Positions 48,614-62,435 of a stretch of 64,000 nucleotides of DNA are shown here, in pieces. The stretch lies in NCBI GenBank assembly GCA_046563655.1, contig CM102285.1:10354001-10418000 (forward strand). The letters are read 5' to 3'. Source of the DNA: Yuukianura sp. NJ FZ-2021 (taxonomy: Eukaryota). How positions within the stretch are numbered: position 1 is the stretch's first letter; every line of letters starts with the position of its first letter. Both the position numbers and the translations under genes were made by a program. Under the pieces are notes generated by a model. It had not been told where the DNA came from, made no database searches, and saw nothing but the letters and a program-made list of their open reading frames with translations.

Positions 48614-49492
48614 TCACTTCCGTCCGAGGACAGATTTTTGTTTAGAAGTTTCAAATTCGTAAGTTGATCCCGAATCAGGATCATCTTCAGAGTCGTACTC
48701 GCAACACTCATTTTCATCGTCTTTAAGAGCACTTCGATCTTGTCCAAAAAGTTTAGTTGAAGGGCCCATGTCAACTTTACGGGAGCCAGCAGCAGAGGTC
48801 AATGGTCGTTGATCCTTGGACGAATCTTGCCAATAGGGTCCTGGAGCCCTTGGTTCCGTATATGTTTTGGTGGCAATCGGTACTCCCAAGGGCTGAAGTT
48901 GGAAGACGCTGGTGTAGGGCCCTTGAGGGGCCGAGAGGTAAGTACTTTGCTTATTATTGAAAGGCGAGAACATGTCTTCCTGGCTCTGTTTTTTGGAATT
49001 GATTGAATTTCTTGGTGTAGGATTTCCGTAGGCTTGGTCAAGAGCGTAAAAGTTTGGATTTTTGGACATGGCTTCCATGGCTTTCTCCTGCCGTTCCTGC
49101 TGACCATCTTTCTCCAGACACTTGATTAATTCATGGTATTCAAGGCCTTTCTTCGATGCAAGGTAATTTAATCGGGACAAAATCTCGGACACGCGCCGCA
49201 CTCCAGGTCTGACCTTGGCATGTCCCGACTCATCTGCTGGAGTTAGTCGGTCAGTTGGTGGTTGGGAAGTTTCAGCGTACGTTTTGATGGTTGATCCTGG
49301 AAAGCGAGTCCCACCGAAGTAGTCAAAGGGGGCATGAGAGTCGTAAAATCCCAACTTCCTTGGTGGGACGACAAGCATGGGACAATGAGATTCGTGGGTC
49401 GGTGGCTCAAGTCCCACCGGTTCAGTTTCTTCTTGACCTTGTCTGCAAAAGCACCTTCCGGATTCATATCCAACGCTTCCCCAATATTCCAT
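48614..49492 (-). CDS. Hypothetical protein (~292 aa), no recognised domain
   Basis: Uninterrupted ORF, GC-richer than its AT-rich flanks. ATG at 49492, with a candidate splice acceptor (cagcag) just upstream. Confidence 0.6.
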   Translation of the reverse strand: MEYWGSVGYESGRCFCRQGQEETEPVGLEPPTHESHCPMLVVPPRKLGFYDSHAPFDYFGGTRFPGSTIKTYAETSQPPTDRLTPADESGHAKVRPGVRRVSEILSRLNYLASKKGLEYHELIKCLEKDGQQERQEKAMEAMSKNPNFYALDQAYGNPTPRNSINSKKQSQEDMFSPFNNKQSTYLSAPQGPYTSVFQLQPLGVPIATKTYTEPRAPGPYWQDSSKDQRPLTSAAGSRKVDMGPSTKLFGQDRSALKDDENECCEYDSEDDPDSGSTYEFETSKQKSVLGRK

Positions 49493-50266
49493 GATATTTG
49501 TTTGGGCAGTTCCCTTGGCCAATCTGCTGGAGCTTTAAAAACGATGATGCAAAGATTCTGTTTTACGAAAACCGAAATGTTTTTCAAGAGAAACTGAGCC
49601 AAATGAACTCTAATCAACACAAACAATGTTGAAAGCGCAAATTGGTTGCAGTAGCCATAAGGATTGCATTAAAAATTCAATATTTTTCTGGATTGAAGTG
49701 TGACATTTAAAAAAAAATTGGTCAAAAATCTACCATACCGCTAATTCTAACGATGAAAATCAATCTATCGTGGTCTTGTTCAATTAATTTGGATTGAATG
49801 AAGAACAAAGTTTTGCCTGCCGATATAAATCTCATGGCTCATGACGGATGAAAGTTCTTGATGATGAACTTTGGAATATAATTAAACGGTAAATGAAAGG
49901 TCAATAGAAAACTGGATCGATTCAACAGTGTACACTATGCTGCTATTCAATAATTCAAATCAACCCTGGTCACCCTTACAGACCAAATCCATACTTTCGA
50001 ACTCATCGATTTTGTTCAAAAAATTTCCACCGTGCTAACTTAAAAACTAACATTTGACAATTCGAAAATGAAAGAGGTTCTATTTTTTTTAATTTTATTC
50101 AAAGTGCTGCTGCTAGTTCATTGATAGAGCCAAACAATCGGTAAAAGTCACATTATGAGCAACTTATTTTTAGCAAAAATATATAATAAAAGGCTCTTTT
50201 AGAATAAATTTGGATTTGAAAATTTCTTACATTTGGAATATCTTGAGATTTGCTGGGAAGGTCACC

Positions 50267-52672
50267 TTACAACCCAGAGCCTCCACCATAGTTTCCATTT
50301 TGGTAATGATGGTATGCCGGGAAAGGTTGGCCATGATGATGGTGATGGATTAGTTCGTATTGGAATCGATACGTGTGTTCACGAACCAGGGCTGCTTCTT
50401 CCTCTGGATCGTCATCTTCAGTGTCTTCAAGAAGAATGGACAGATCATTGATGCGTTGAGTTGCCGTCTGACCCATGCCACCGCCGCGGTGATGTTCGCA
50501 TCGTTCGTTGTCATGTAACATAAACGAAGTTTGGAACCCTTCGTCATGCTCCAATGACTGATCCACGTCAACCCATGTTTCTGATCCGTCAGGATGGACG
50601 ACACAAATGTTTTGAGCAGTTGTCGTTATGGTACTTCCTGGATGCATTGGTGATTGGGTGGAGTATTGACCTTGAGATGGACTGTACTGTTCATAAGATC
50701 GCTCAGCATTGGCTGGACTACTTTGACCTTGGTTGTCGAAAGGGCTTGAGAACACTGAGCGATCAAATGTTGGAAAAGTGTTGTCGACAGAAGTCGCATG
50801 AGTTGATGGCATTGAATAGTCTGATGGAATATAAAGATTCCGGTTGTTTCGGTGGTGACGACGACGACGGCGCCGTGACCGTGACGGACCTTCAGTCCTG
50901 TTCATAGCGTCTCGAAGAGATTCAAGCGGATCCGAATCAACTTCAGGTCTGTCACCGTTTACGCTTTCAGCTGGGAAAAGGTTCAGCATTTCAGCTTGGG
51001 TTCTCTGAGCACGTCGACTTAGACGTTCTCGTGGTTGCGGTACACCGTCAATAAGTTGATTTTGTCGTTGTCGCTGAAGATTCCACTCGTTACGAAGATC
51101 TCGTTCTAGGCGAATTCGATTGTAATGGATAAAGTACCAGTCTGTGTGATGTGGAATGCGTTGAGTTTGACGACGCGGTGGCGTTGCTCCACCAAGATCC
51201 ACGCCTTCTTGTGCTGGATAAGTTGATACCAAGCGTCCTTCCCGCGGAAACATCCCAAGTGACCGAAATCGTTGTTCAATGATGTCAAAGTATAAACCGC
51301 CAGGGTCAAGTGCAGTCAATCCATCCATTAAGTATCGGAAAGCCATCTGAGACTCTCTCAAAGCAATTTCAAAGTCGTCCAGTCGTGCATTAATTTCGGT
51401 TAGAGGCGTTGGGTAACGTTCTGGACGTGGTCCATTTGAATTCAAAATCCGCTCGACAGTATTCGGCCAATCACTTTCTGTGTCCAGTCCTCCTCCGGTA
51501 TGAAACATAGCTCTTGCGTAGAGATTGATCATGTTGTTGCGACGACTGAAACTGACGGAACCGTAGGACCGATCAGTTTCTGGAATTTCGAACTCTTCCT
51601 CTTCGAAATCAAACGTTGGAAGTTCAAATTCGAATTGACTTGTCTGATTGACTGGTTGGTGCAGAAGTGTATCCAGTGGATTTTGTCCAAGATTTTGCAG
51701 GACATGTGACTCGTTCCGAACGCGTCTGGATTCATCACGTTCAGCTTTCTGCTCGTCGCTATAGTGGCGTTCGACGTACTGTTCGACGGAAACTGCGACG
51801 TTGGGCATGGCTTCCAAGTGGTCAATTTCAGCTCGACAAGTTGGACAGTTCCTGATTCCTCGCAGATGAAACCAGTTTGCCAAGCAGAACGTACAGAAAA
51901 GATGGTCGCAGTTGGTGCGAGCGGGCTGAAATTTATCAAACCAAAATTTAGTCCCAAAATCTTATCTTAGAGTTAGTGTACTCATTGCAACACTTAAATT
52001 CACAGGAACAAATTCGGCAAAACGGCGCTTCGATTTTTTACGATTTAAAATATCATTTTATATCAATTTTTGGGTGTAGATGCCGAATCTGAAATCCGTT
52101 TTTGGCGGTCACACCTCCTTCCTGGTAAGATTAATTAATTAAGATTTTAATTAACAGTGTATGCATTTCACTTGCCGAATGAGTGTGTAACCAATGGAGA
52201 TTCGAATTTATTGCTGTGATATGCTAACCAAACCTAACGCGCGCCTTCGGCGCGGAGATATAACAAACAACAATCCTTGGTTTCCATTGGTTACACCACA
52301 AATTCTCATTCTGTTTATCAAATTCACACTGTTAATTAGAATCTTAATTAATTAATCTTACCAAGAAGGAGGTGTGACCGCCAAAAACGGATTTCAGATT
52401 CGGAATCTACACCCAAAAATTGATATAAGACAATATTTTAATCGTTAAAAATCGAAGCGCCGTTTTGCCGAATATAAGCCAATTCACATTCTACTAACAT
52501 CAATCAAAAGATCCATGCAGACTGGACACGTCAAGTCTTCGCTTGTTGAATCGTTGTCAGTTGTTGGTCTTGGAGTGTCAAGTAAGTTTTCAGAGTCGTA
52601 TTCAGATTCTCCTCGTGGGTCTTCCGTTTCTTCCTCGGTTGGCTGTTGTTCTTCAGCCAAAGTTGTTGACAT
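50267..52672 (-). CDS. RING-HC (C3HC4) finger protein, putative E3 ubiquitin ligase, ~610 aa, 2 exons
   Basis: Exons 52672-52499 and 51925-50267 join to give CPVC-MDLLIDPARTN-CDH-LF-CTFC-LANWFHLRGIRN-CPTC, followed by a long, largely low-complexity tail with an RRRRRR basic patch. Confidence 0.85.
52012..52473. mobile_element. MITE with ~150-bp highly similar inverted arms, in the RING-gene intron
   Basis: attcggcaaaacggcgcttcgattttt...gaatctgaaatccgtttttggcggtcacacctcctt...ttaacagtgt is mirrored at 52326-52473. An inner pair gtgtaaccaatgga/tccattggttacac and a central cgcgcc-ttc-ggcgcg hairpin are also present. Confidence 0.88.
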
Positions 52673-54766
52673 TTTTAGGAAAAGTCAAACTTCAAAATGT
52701 CAACTTATCCTCCAAAAAGTGACTTTTTAAGCACACGTTTTGATGCCTCTTCGTTATTCAAAACAAAACGTCCGAATTCTTTTTGCCTGATCAAACTTTC
52801 TCTTCCTGCGGTTTGCTTTTTCCGAATCAACAAATATAATTTGGTGTTTGTTATGACAATGACATGGTTTTGAATTTGAACTTTTACAATAACTAAAAAG
52901 AAAGCTAGCATTCGTAGATGTTTGTTGTTCTAAACGTAGTTTTAAAAAAGTTTGTCTTTGTGTGTCTCCTAATTCCGATTTTCATTGACTTTTCAAAGTT
53001 GGAAAACTAATCTTTATCTCAGAAGTTTAATATTGAATTGAGTCCTTGGACTTTTCTAATTTACTTTCTTTTTAAAACTGTTTTGGTTTACTTAACCGCA
53101 AGAGTTGTGTTTGAACAACACTAAAACCCTAACCCTTATTTCTACGGCTTAATGTCCAAGTTTTAAAGTCCAGTAACATTGTTGAACACGAGGCCACACT
53201 TTCCCCTGGGTATTGGGATTTCCATTGTGTATTTCTGATTGAATCAAACAATCAGAGCGGTCTCTTCCAATCCGACATTCAATCTGTTCGTTTTGAAGTA
53301 GATACACATGTAACTTTACAAAGGAACTTAGACTTGGGATTCATTGAAGGAAGGCAGAGGAGGGTGAGAGGCGTTGGGACAGACGGAGAAAGTGATGGAA
53401 CTTGTTGAGTGGAGAAAGTGATTTCGGAGTTGGGCTTGAAGGTAAAGGGGGCTGGAACAATGCTGGAAGCGACGACTTGGTTCCCTTTAACTTTCAGTTC
53501 ATCATTGGATTCCCTAACGCTCCAAACCCTGTTCCTAAACTTTCTTTTAATTCAGTTTTTCAAAAAGTTTTTGAATTCTGACTTTCTTTTTATTTATTTG
53601 TCAACAATTTAAACTCTAGTATTTTGAACATCGATACTGTAAAAGAAAATTATACTATTCATTGTTCTAAAAAGATATTCATAATCGTTTTTTTTTTCTA
53701 AAATTAGTGCGCGAATTTCATTGAAGCATTTTCTGGAACATCATTTGCACCTTCCGTAAGTAGAAAGTCACAGTAGAAAATTATACATGTTTAATTTGTG
53801 ATTCCCGTGCGTAGGAAGGTGAAGTATTATACCAAGCAATAACATTATTACTCTTACAAAGTAACCAAGTTGTTGTACAAATTGAAATAAAACACATCAA
53901 CGTGATTAAAATTTTGCAAACATAATTTTTCTTTGAAAAAAAAAGTAAAAAGAGCTAGGAAAGTAGTTTTTTTTTTTATTAATTTATAGAAAACTAAAAA
54001 GCATTTGAGTGATATTCATTCATTTTGAAAAGGAACTGTAAAAAAGATGCTTATTTTTTGGAAAAATAAAAGTTTAGTTTTGAGAAGTCGAAGAAAAACA
54101 GACTTTCTCTTTAAAAGAAAAGTTTTCATCAGCAGCACCCCACGCGAAAGTTTTCCTAGATTTTCGATCCTTATAAATTCAATAACTTCGAGTTAGATTC
54201 ATTTTTTTTTTTGAATTTCAAGTGAAAGTTTCAATTCGACTGAAAATTAGGCTACGTTCATCCCATTTAGATTTATTAGATACTATGCTTGTTTAAAAAA
54301 GAAGGCAAAAATATACTCACAATGGTGCGCTTGAATCTAGAAATAGTGAAACATAATCTAAGCACGATATTCAAAAGTAGCGATTTCTTTTTAAAAAACA
54401 TTCGTTCATCGCGCAAGCGAAATTTTGTTCTGAGAGAGTTGTAGTGAATAAAATAGCTAGAAAATTTGAATTGATTTACCGTAAAGCTAAGCTTAGGTTG
54501 AATGTTAACCCTTCTGTAATTAATCGATTAACCGATTATTGCATCGTGGAAAACCTTTAGTCATTCGTTTCGAACACTCCAACACCAACATTGACAGCAA
54601 TGCATCAAGAGTTTAAAGGAAGTCTAGAATACTTTTTTTTTCGTAAAACTCCCACGTCTCAAAAAATTGTTTACATTTGACAGGATTCTACAAAACCAAC
54701 TGGGAAGCCATAAAGTGTGTGGTGAACATCAGTCCAACCGAAAACCTGGGAAGACGTGATAAAAAG

Positions 54767-57700
54767 ATGGACGCTGAAGAGTATCGCCAACGAGGTATAA
54801 TAACTACTTAGTACTTGACTTTCTCTAGGAAATCCGAAAACGTACAAAAACCTGGAAACCCTCTTAGACAATAAAATTCACCGATGTGTAAGTTTCTGTC
54901 TAGAAAGTAACTTTAGGCTTTTTTCCAAAGCAGCCCTTTAGTTCAAACTAAAGAGTCTATTTGCACATGAATCCTCATCCTCCAGAGTCTTGATTGACAG
55001 GTTCGGAAGGACGAAACTTAATTGAATTGGCCGGAAATTAAGGAAATGAAAAAACGTATCTTTGAATTTACCTCACGCTCCCCCTCCTTGTTGAGTAAAC
55101 AAAAATAGCAGAATTTGTTGCTTTCTTTCTTGAAATGCTTGAAATTGACGCTTTCTGTCTCGTACGCGAGAAAGCAGAAGATAACGTTCCGTTTCCTTAA
55201 AGTTTCATTGCCGGAAGGTTTAAAATGTTTCACTACGGAGAAAGTTTATAGCTTGAATGTTCCTTTCTCCTTAAATAATTGGGCTTAAAAACTGGCGCCT
55301 TTTTTCGTTTATTTCTAAATTTTGAGGTGTCCCATCTGCTTAATTCTAGCATTTACGAGCTGTTATTTAGCTCTTGTTTTTTTTTTGTCGTTTAAAACAG
55401 GCAAGGAAATGGTTGACTTTATTGCCAACTATCTTGTGACAATTCGGAATCGTCGCGTCTTTCCCTCTGTCAAACCGGGTTACATGCGTCCGCTCATCCC
55501 CGATGAAGCTCCACAAACGGGAGAGTCTTTCCAAGATATCTTTAAGGATTTTGAAAATGTGGTTTTGCCTGGGGTAGGTTTTCAGTATTTTCCAAAATTT
55601 TGAAAATATAGACAGGAAATTAGGTAACTTCATAAAAATTGAATCAAAATTTTGACTTAATCTATTCCAGATCACGCACTGGCAAAGCCCGCACATGCAT
55701 GCATACTTTCCAGCTCTCAATTCATTTCCATCCCTCCTGGGTGACATGCTAGCTGATGCTATCAACTGTCTCGGTTTCACTTGGGTAAGACTCACTTTCT
55801 CTCCCTTTTCAAAAATTCTTGTTTTGATCCATTTTTTTTGAGTTTTCTAAAACAAAAATTTCATTATCGTAATTAGGATTTATACCCCCGTAGCTTCATG
55901 GCCTATTTATAAAACAATGTGAGACAGGCAGTACTTTGAATGGTTTAGTGTCTCTCCTTGAACATTGAAAATTTGAAAGCAGGAATAAATCGATGGAGCT
56001 CAAAGCGTTTTCCACTTGTTTTCCTTTATTATTGAGGCATTGTGAAATTGTGGATTCTCTTGAGTAATTCTATTAGAAAGGAAACCTAATTATGGCTTAA
56101 ACTATGATTCTTACGACTTTAGGCTTCGAGTCCAGCATGTACTGAACTGGAAACAATAGTAATGGACTGGCTTGGGAAAATGATTGGACTCCCTTCGAGC
56201 TTTCTTCACGCCAACAAAGAATCACCCGGAGGAGGTGTCATTCAGGTAAATTGGAACATAAAAATTTCATGGGATTTAATAATGAAAATTCGAATTTAAA
56301 AACACGAAGAAAAAATCAACTTTGTAAGTTTTTGTGCTTCAGACAACTGCAAGTGAAGCTACTTTTGTAGCACTGATGGCTGGAAGGACAGAGGCATTTC
56401 GGAGATGTAAAACAACACATCCGGAGCTGACTCAGGCCGAAGTCAATGCCAAACTTGTTGCTTACTGTTCCGATCAGGTTAGTTTGTAACCCTACAAAAA
56501 AGCATAGGATTTTAAAAGAAATTTCTAGAATTGGAACCCCCTCCTTTCACTTTTGTCTTGACGCGAACTTTCTCTTTGTACTTCAAACCATACCTGGGAA
56601 AATCTCTATTGACATTTTATTGACTTAACCCTTCTGCAACAGCCTCGGTTGCTTCAAATAGTAAAAGTGTCTAGTCAACAGCAAAATAGGCAAATATAGA
56701 TCAATGGGGCGTCGACTGACTTCATAACTCCAAAATTGTCACACCATTCCGCTTGTTTTGTCACACTTCAAATCGCGTTTTCCATATGTCGTAACCTGTT
56801 ACCCGCCAAATTGATATGATTACTTTGGTCGGAAAAGACTAGTAAACAATTCATGATCAATTTTTGAAAACACTTTCACTTTTAGGCTCATTCGAGTGTG
56901 GAGAAAGCAGGGCTAATCGGGCTTGTTCAAATGCACTACTTGGAAAGTGATCCCAGCGACTTGAGTATTGATGGAGCCACGTTGGCGGATGCTATTGAAC
57001 GGGACAAAGATATGGGTCTCATCCCGTTCTGGGTAAATTTTAAAATTTTTAACAAATCAGGTTCTTTTGAAAAACAGTTTTTGAAAAATTTTAGTTGAAC
57101 ATAGATTTTTATTGGGAATTTTCAAAATCTAGTATATCTGTAGACAAGTTTTCCGTTCAGCATTTTATTGCTCAAATTCTGTTTGTGAAACTGGAGCTTG
57201 AAAGATATTGTCCATTTGCAGAATTGGAGTTGGCTTAATTTATGCATACGTTTTTAATTTGCTGTTAAAAATAACCATTTGTAATTTGTTCTGTTTAATT
57301 AATACACTTTTTTTCTGGGAGAAAGCATTACCTGAATTGGACAAAAGCAGAGAAAGTTGTACATGACTCTCATGGGACATCATTATTTTTAGGTGTGTGC
57401 GACATTGGGAACGACAGGCGCTTGTGCTTTTGACAATTTACTGGAACTTGGAATTGTGTGTCGCCAAGAAAGTAAGGAGACATTTTGACAGCTTTTAGTT
57501 CTGAGCATAATTAGGCCTAAAAGCAAAAGTTGAATCAGTTTTAATAACTTAACTTAAATCAGTCCCTAATTTTCGTAATTAACTCTAAATGCTATGTTTG
57601 ATGGTGAAAACAGTCAGCTTCCATTTTAGAAAACTTTGCACAGTCTTTGTGCTAGGTTTCCAGAATTTCACTTTCTTGTTTCTAAGAGAAGCTTTAATCT

Positions 57701-59932
57701 TGAAAATGCTTTCTCCTTTGATTGAAACAAAAGATATTTGGCTACACGTGGATTCGGCCTACGCTGGAAGTGCATTCATTTGTCCCGAATTTCGGCACTG
57801 GCTCAATGGAATTGAGCATGTCAACTCCATTGCGTTCAATCCGTCAAAGTGGCTCATGGTCCACTTCGACTGCACCGCTATGTGGGTCCAGGATGCTGGT
57901 AAGCAACTGTGTTTTGTAGAAAGTACTACCAAATGAAATTGGCCTAAGACCTGCATGGTTTCTTAGGAGCGCTTCATCGCACTTTCAACGTTGACCCTCT
58001 GTACCTCCAGCACGAAAATTCTGGAATGGCCATCGACTACATGGTGAGACCTTCAATAAACTGGACCCAAAATTTCAGAATTTGGAATCAAAATGTGAAA
58101 GAAAAATTGAAATCAAAATTATTCTACTCTGCAGCACTGGCAAATTGCACTGAGCAAACGATTTCGATCCCTCAAACTTTGGTTTGTCTTGAGATCTTAT
58201 GGTGTGGAGGGGCTCCAGGAACACATTCGAAAGGTAAATTTTTAAAAAAAATACAACTTTCACAATTTTTAAATCGCCCAGCGTAAATCGAACTTACAAA
58301 TCAGGTATACAAAAATTCTCTGCATTACGAAATAATTCTGAGTGGAAGTAAAGTAAATATCAAAATCCTTGCCCAAAAGGGCATTGGAAACACATTTATT
58401 TCTAGTTTTTGAGCTAAATTGTATCATTTTTAGAACTAATTTAAAATTTCAAAATCAATTTTCCATAAATCGTAGCGGTTTTTTTTTTGAATTTCAGGGC
58501 GTTCGATTAGCAGCTCGATTTGAGGCTCTGGTGCTTGCTGATTCTCGATTTGAAGTTCCGTTTAAAAGGACATTGGGCATGGTCGTATTTCGCCTCAAAG
58601 GAGACAACGAATTAACAGAGAGGTCAAACCAACTTGTCTAAAATTATTCTCAAACTTTGTAGAAAAACAAAACCTTCGAAATACAATTTTTCATATTTTT
58701 CATGTTTACTAAATTTTCAGATTGTTGAAACGGTTAAACTCCGTTGGAAGGATTCACTGCGTTCCGGCATCATTGAAGGTTTGCAAACATTTTCAGATAC
58801 ATACCACACCACATTGCGGCAGTTTGAAATCCATTTCCAAAATTTCGAAATGAAATTTAAATTCAAAATAGTAATTTATAGCTTGTTTATTTTTAGAAGG
58901 CACTTTTCAAATTTGAAGAAATTCCTGTCGCCTTATTGGTGAAATTGTTTATGTAAACTAAATGGAGAAAGTGTTTTTAGAAAACTAACTTTCTCCATAA
59001 GCGGCGCAATGGAAGCGAAGAAACAGCGAAAACAAAAGTGCCTTCTAAGAGTAGTAAACAAACATTATTAGTAACGATTTTAAATAGGGACGCTACGTCA
59101 TTCGATTCACGGTAACATCCGCTCAGACGACTCTGGAAGACATTTGCAATGATTGGTCCGTTATAAGAGAAACGGCGTCGATTATTTTGGAAGAAGAAGA
59201 GAGTCGTGAAATTGCACCGTTGATTCCCACAGCAAGGAAAGTCCCTCTGGGTGAAACGAAGAAACGAAATTCTAACTTTGGCACGTCTCTGCTTCTAGCA
59301 AACACACCCATGTCACCAAAAATTGTCAATGGATCGTTTGCTGCCATCTTTGACTCCAATGAGCTCTTCAACGAATTCACACGAAAGATTCAATTACACG
59401 AAGGAGAGGGAGATGAGAATTCAGCAGGTTAATCCAAATCACTTTTCACCAATTTATGATTCATACTAACCTAACCATTTACTTTCACCTTAACTTTTAC
59501 TTGGATTCAGTTGTGCGGAGACGTATCAAGGGAATGGTTATGTCCGGAAAACAGTTTTCCCTGGATTCCAGAATGGATCTCGTGTCAACTATCGCTTCTA
59601 CTCCAGACAATTGCACTCATGACGAAAACTTTGAAGTGGAAAAAGGTCGTACCGGCTCCTTTTCTTTCAAAATCCTAAGGCACTCTTGAGTTCAATTTAT
59701 TAGTTTTTAGTGCACACTTAGGATCACATTTAGTAACTTCGCAGTTTAGTTTTAGTGGCGTAGTTAACTTTATAACACCTTAAGCATTTACCTTTAAGAT
59801 TAAGTGCTTTTACTAATCCTAGCATATTCCTTAGATCCACTCAAGCAAACTCTACAAGAGATGCCGGAGTCACCTGAGCGAGAGGAGTCAACAATGGACA
59901 AAGGATCACCTAAAAATTGCTTAAAATTCTAA
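54767..59932 (+). CDS. Hdc: Histidine decarboxylase (PLP-dependent); multi-exon
   Basis: [82 protein letters not shown]-lysine motif [14 protein letters not shown] (Hdc type); [15 protein letters not shown]; insect Hdc-like tail [26 protein letters not shown] and [11 protein letters not shown]. Confidence 0.95.
58883..59061. mobile_element. Small degenerate MITE-like inverted repeat in an Hdc intron
   Basis: ttgtttat..ttagaaggcactttt versus aaaagtgccttctaa..gtaaacaa; inner gccttattggtgaaattgttt versus aactaactttctccataagcggc. Confidence 0.5.
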
Positions 59933-60653
59933 CAACCTGTAGCTTCCGCTGGTTGGTTAATTAATTGTGAAAGCTCTAAAAACTTATGACAATCAATCTG
60001 CAGTAGTTTTTAAACGGCACAGTTTAAAAAGTGTTGTAGTGTGTATATTAGTCCTTAGAAGCCCACAATCATCCAAGAGCTCCACGTGACGATGCTTTGA
60101 GTTAACCACATACAGCTTAGTCATGTTAAAGTAAAAAAATACATGGATGAACTAGGTGCTGCTCTGCTGTTGTCACAATAATTAACAGTAGTTTAAAATG
60201 TGAAAGTTCAATTTTAAATAAAATAGTTCCGCAGATGAGTAAATCAAAAAGTGAAGTAATCATCAAACTCAAACTCGAATTTGAATTTTTTTTTTAAATT
60301 TTGACTCTCCAATTGTATGCGCAAATCAAAATCGCAACGTAACATTAACTAAACGCAATCCAGGAAGTGGCACTCCATTGCCAAAGCACTTATCATGTTC
60401 TACTATAACCTAGTGACTAATCTTGTCTGTCACTTCTAGAGTTGATATGGAATGTTTTTTGTGAATCTTTGTACTTCAGGATCAAATTTGATTATGTGCA
60501 AGAGTGCCAATTCCAAAGACCAAAGCACATAAAAGTAAAAGTAAACATGTTCAAATTGAAATTAGTAACACACCTCAGCGCACCTTTGCTGGTAAGACAA
60601 GCCGTATTTCAAAATTAAAGGACGAGTTGACGAAATCAAACTGAATTTTGAAA

Positions 60654-62435
60654 ATGCCTTCGGAGGACAAGAATCACAAAAAGAAGTTGGGTGGCGTTGA
60701 ATTTGTGCCACTACACGTTCCACTGAAAAGGCGGCTTGAAACGGTAAAAAAATTTAACTTTTTCAAAATTTTGGTAGAATTACAAAGTAAAACGATTCTT
60801 CAAGCTAAAGCTTGTTTTTAATTTTGTTTTTAGCTTGCAGTCCTAGTTTGGTTGTTCCCGTTTCTAGTACTTCCGTCTTTTGGAGTATTTTTGTTAATCT
60901 ACTTGTTTTTTTACACTAACTATGGATACCTGTCCGTTCTCTACATTCTTTGGCTGGTTTATGACAGAAACTCATGTGAACAGGGCGGGAGAAAGTAAGG
61001 AATTTCAAGGAATTTCGGTGAAATTTTATGTACGATTTTCGGGTTGTGACGAGTGTGGCGACACAGACGACCTAATTTTGAAAAATTTTCATTCCATGTG
61101 ATTTCTAGAATTAATTTTTTACGGCGTTTGAGTATTTGGAAAAGATTGGCGGAGTATTTTCCACTAACTCTAGTCAAAACGGCAGACTTGAACCCAGCCA
61201 AAAACTATTTGTTTGCGTACCATCCTCATGGGATCTTTTCACTGGGTCAGTTTTTGCTTAAACTTTAACCTTATAATATTTAGTTAATCATAACTAACTT
61301 GTTATATTCACAACAACTATCTTAGGCGATGTTATTACGTTCGGAACGGAAGGAGCAAATGTGAGTGAAACATTTCCCGGAATTGACATTTCATTGATGA
61401 CCTTAAGTGCAAACTTCAAAGTTCCGCTGTTCCGTGATTACGTTTTGTCTTTAGGTGAGATTGCATTCGGAAAGTTTAAAGTAGGAAGTAAAAATTCTTA
61501 ATTTTTGAAAGTTTGTCGTTCAATTTTTGTTGTACAGGAGGTTGTTCTGTTGCAAAAGCAAGTTTGATGTACAAGCTGGGTCATCGGAGCGGAGGTCATG
61601 GAGCTGTAGTTGTTCCGGGTGGGGCACGAGAAGGTTTGTGGATTTTTATGACTGTTTGAATTCATTTTTACAATATAAAGTTAAAATTTCGATTAAAATT
61701 CTAACTTTGTAATTGGAAATCGATTTCTGAATTTTGTTGAGACAGCACTCTACTCTCAACCGAACACGCAAATGGTTTACCTCAAAAACCGAAAGGGATT
61801 CATCAAAGTTGCTATTCAAACTGGGTAAAAGTCCACAAATGAAAATCATCTTTCAGTTACTGAAACCGAAAAGTTATGCTGATCAAAATGTTACTAAAAT
61901 TTCAAGAGCATCCCTAGTTCCTGTTTACGGTTTTGGCGAAACTGACGTCTTTCCCCAAGTGAGCAACCCGGAAGGATCAGTTTTGCTCAAATTTCAGAAA
62001 TGGTATTTGAAACTTACTGGTGTTGCCCCTGTTTTACCGTTTGGGCGTGGCATTTTCAATTACACTTTCGGTAAGTGTCCTTAAACTTGCAACTTGTTAA
62101 ACTGACCTTCATTTTCTTAATCTGCTAATTTTGTTTTCGAAGGATTCATTCCGCACAGACGTCCGATCACTACTGTTGGTAATTTGTTTGACATCATTTT
62201 TGAAGTTCAAGGAATTCATTAATCTTGCTTAAAAAAAACCTTTTTGAGTTCAAAATCTAATATGTAAACTCTGTTTTCCTTAGTTGGTGCCCCGATTCCT
62301 GTTGAGAAGAGCGTTAATCCAACTCAAGATGAAATCGATTCTTTGCATCAAAAGTACATTGATGCTTTGGTAAAGCTGTACAATGACAATTGTGTGAAAT
62401 ATGGCGATCCCAATACTAAAATCACAATCCTCTAA
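60654..62435 (+). CDS. MOGAT: Monoacylglycerol/diacylglycerol O-acyltransferase (MOGAT/DGAT2 family); multi-exon
   Basis: GVEFVPLHVPLKRRLETLAV; YFPLTLVKTADLNPAKNYLFAYHPHG (YFP and HPHG motifs); [58 protein letters not shown]. Confidence 0.95.

Noticed and set aside
56625..56640. piggyBac-like terminus TTAACCCTT (also at about 54505)
   Set aside because: No matching inverted terminus was found nearby.
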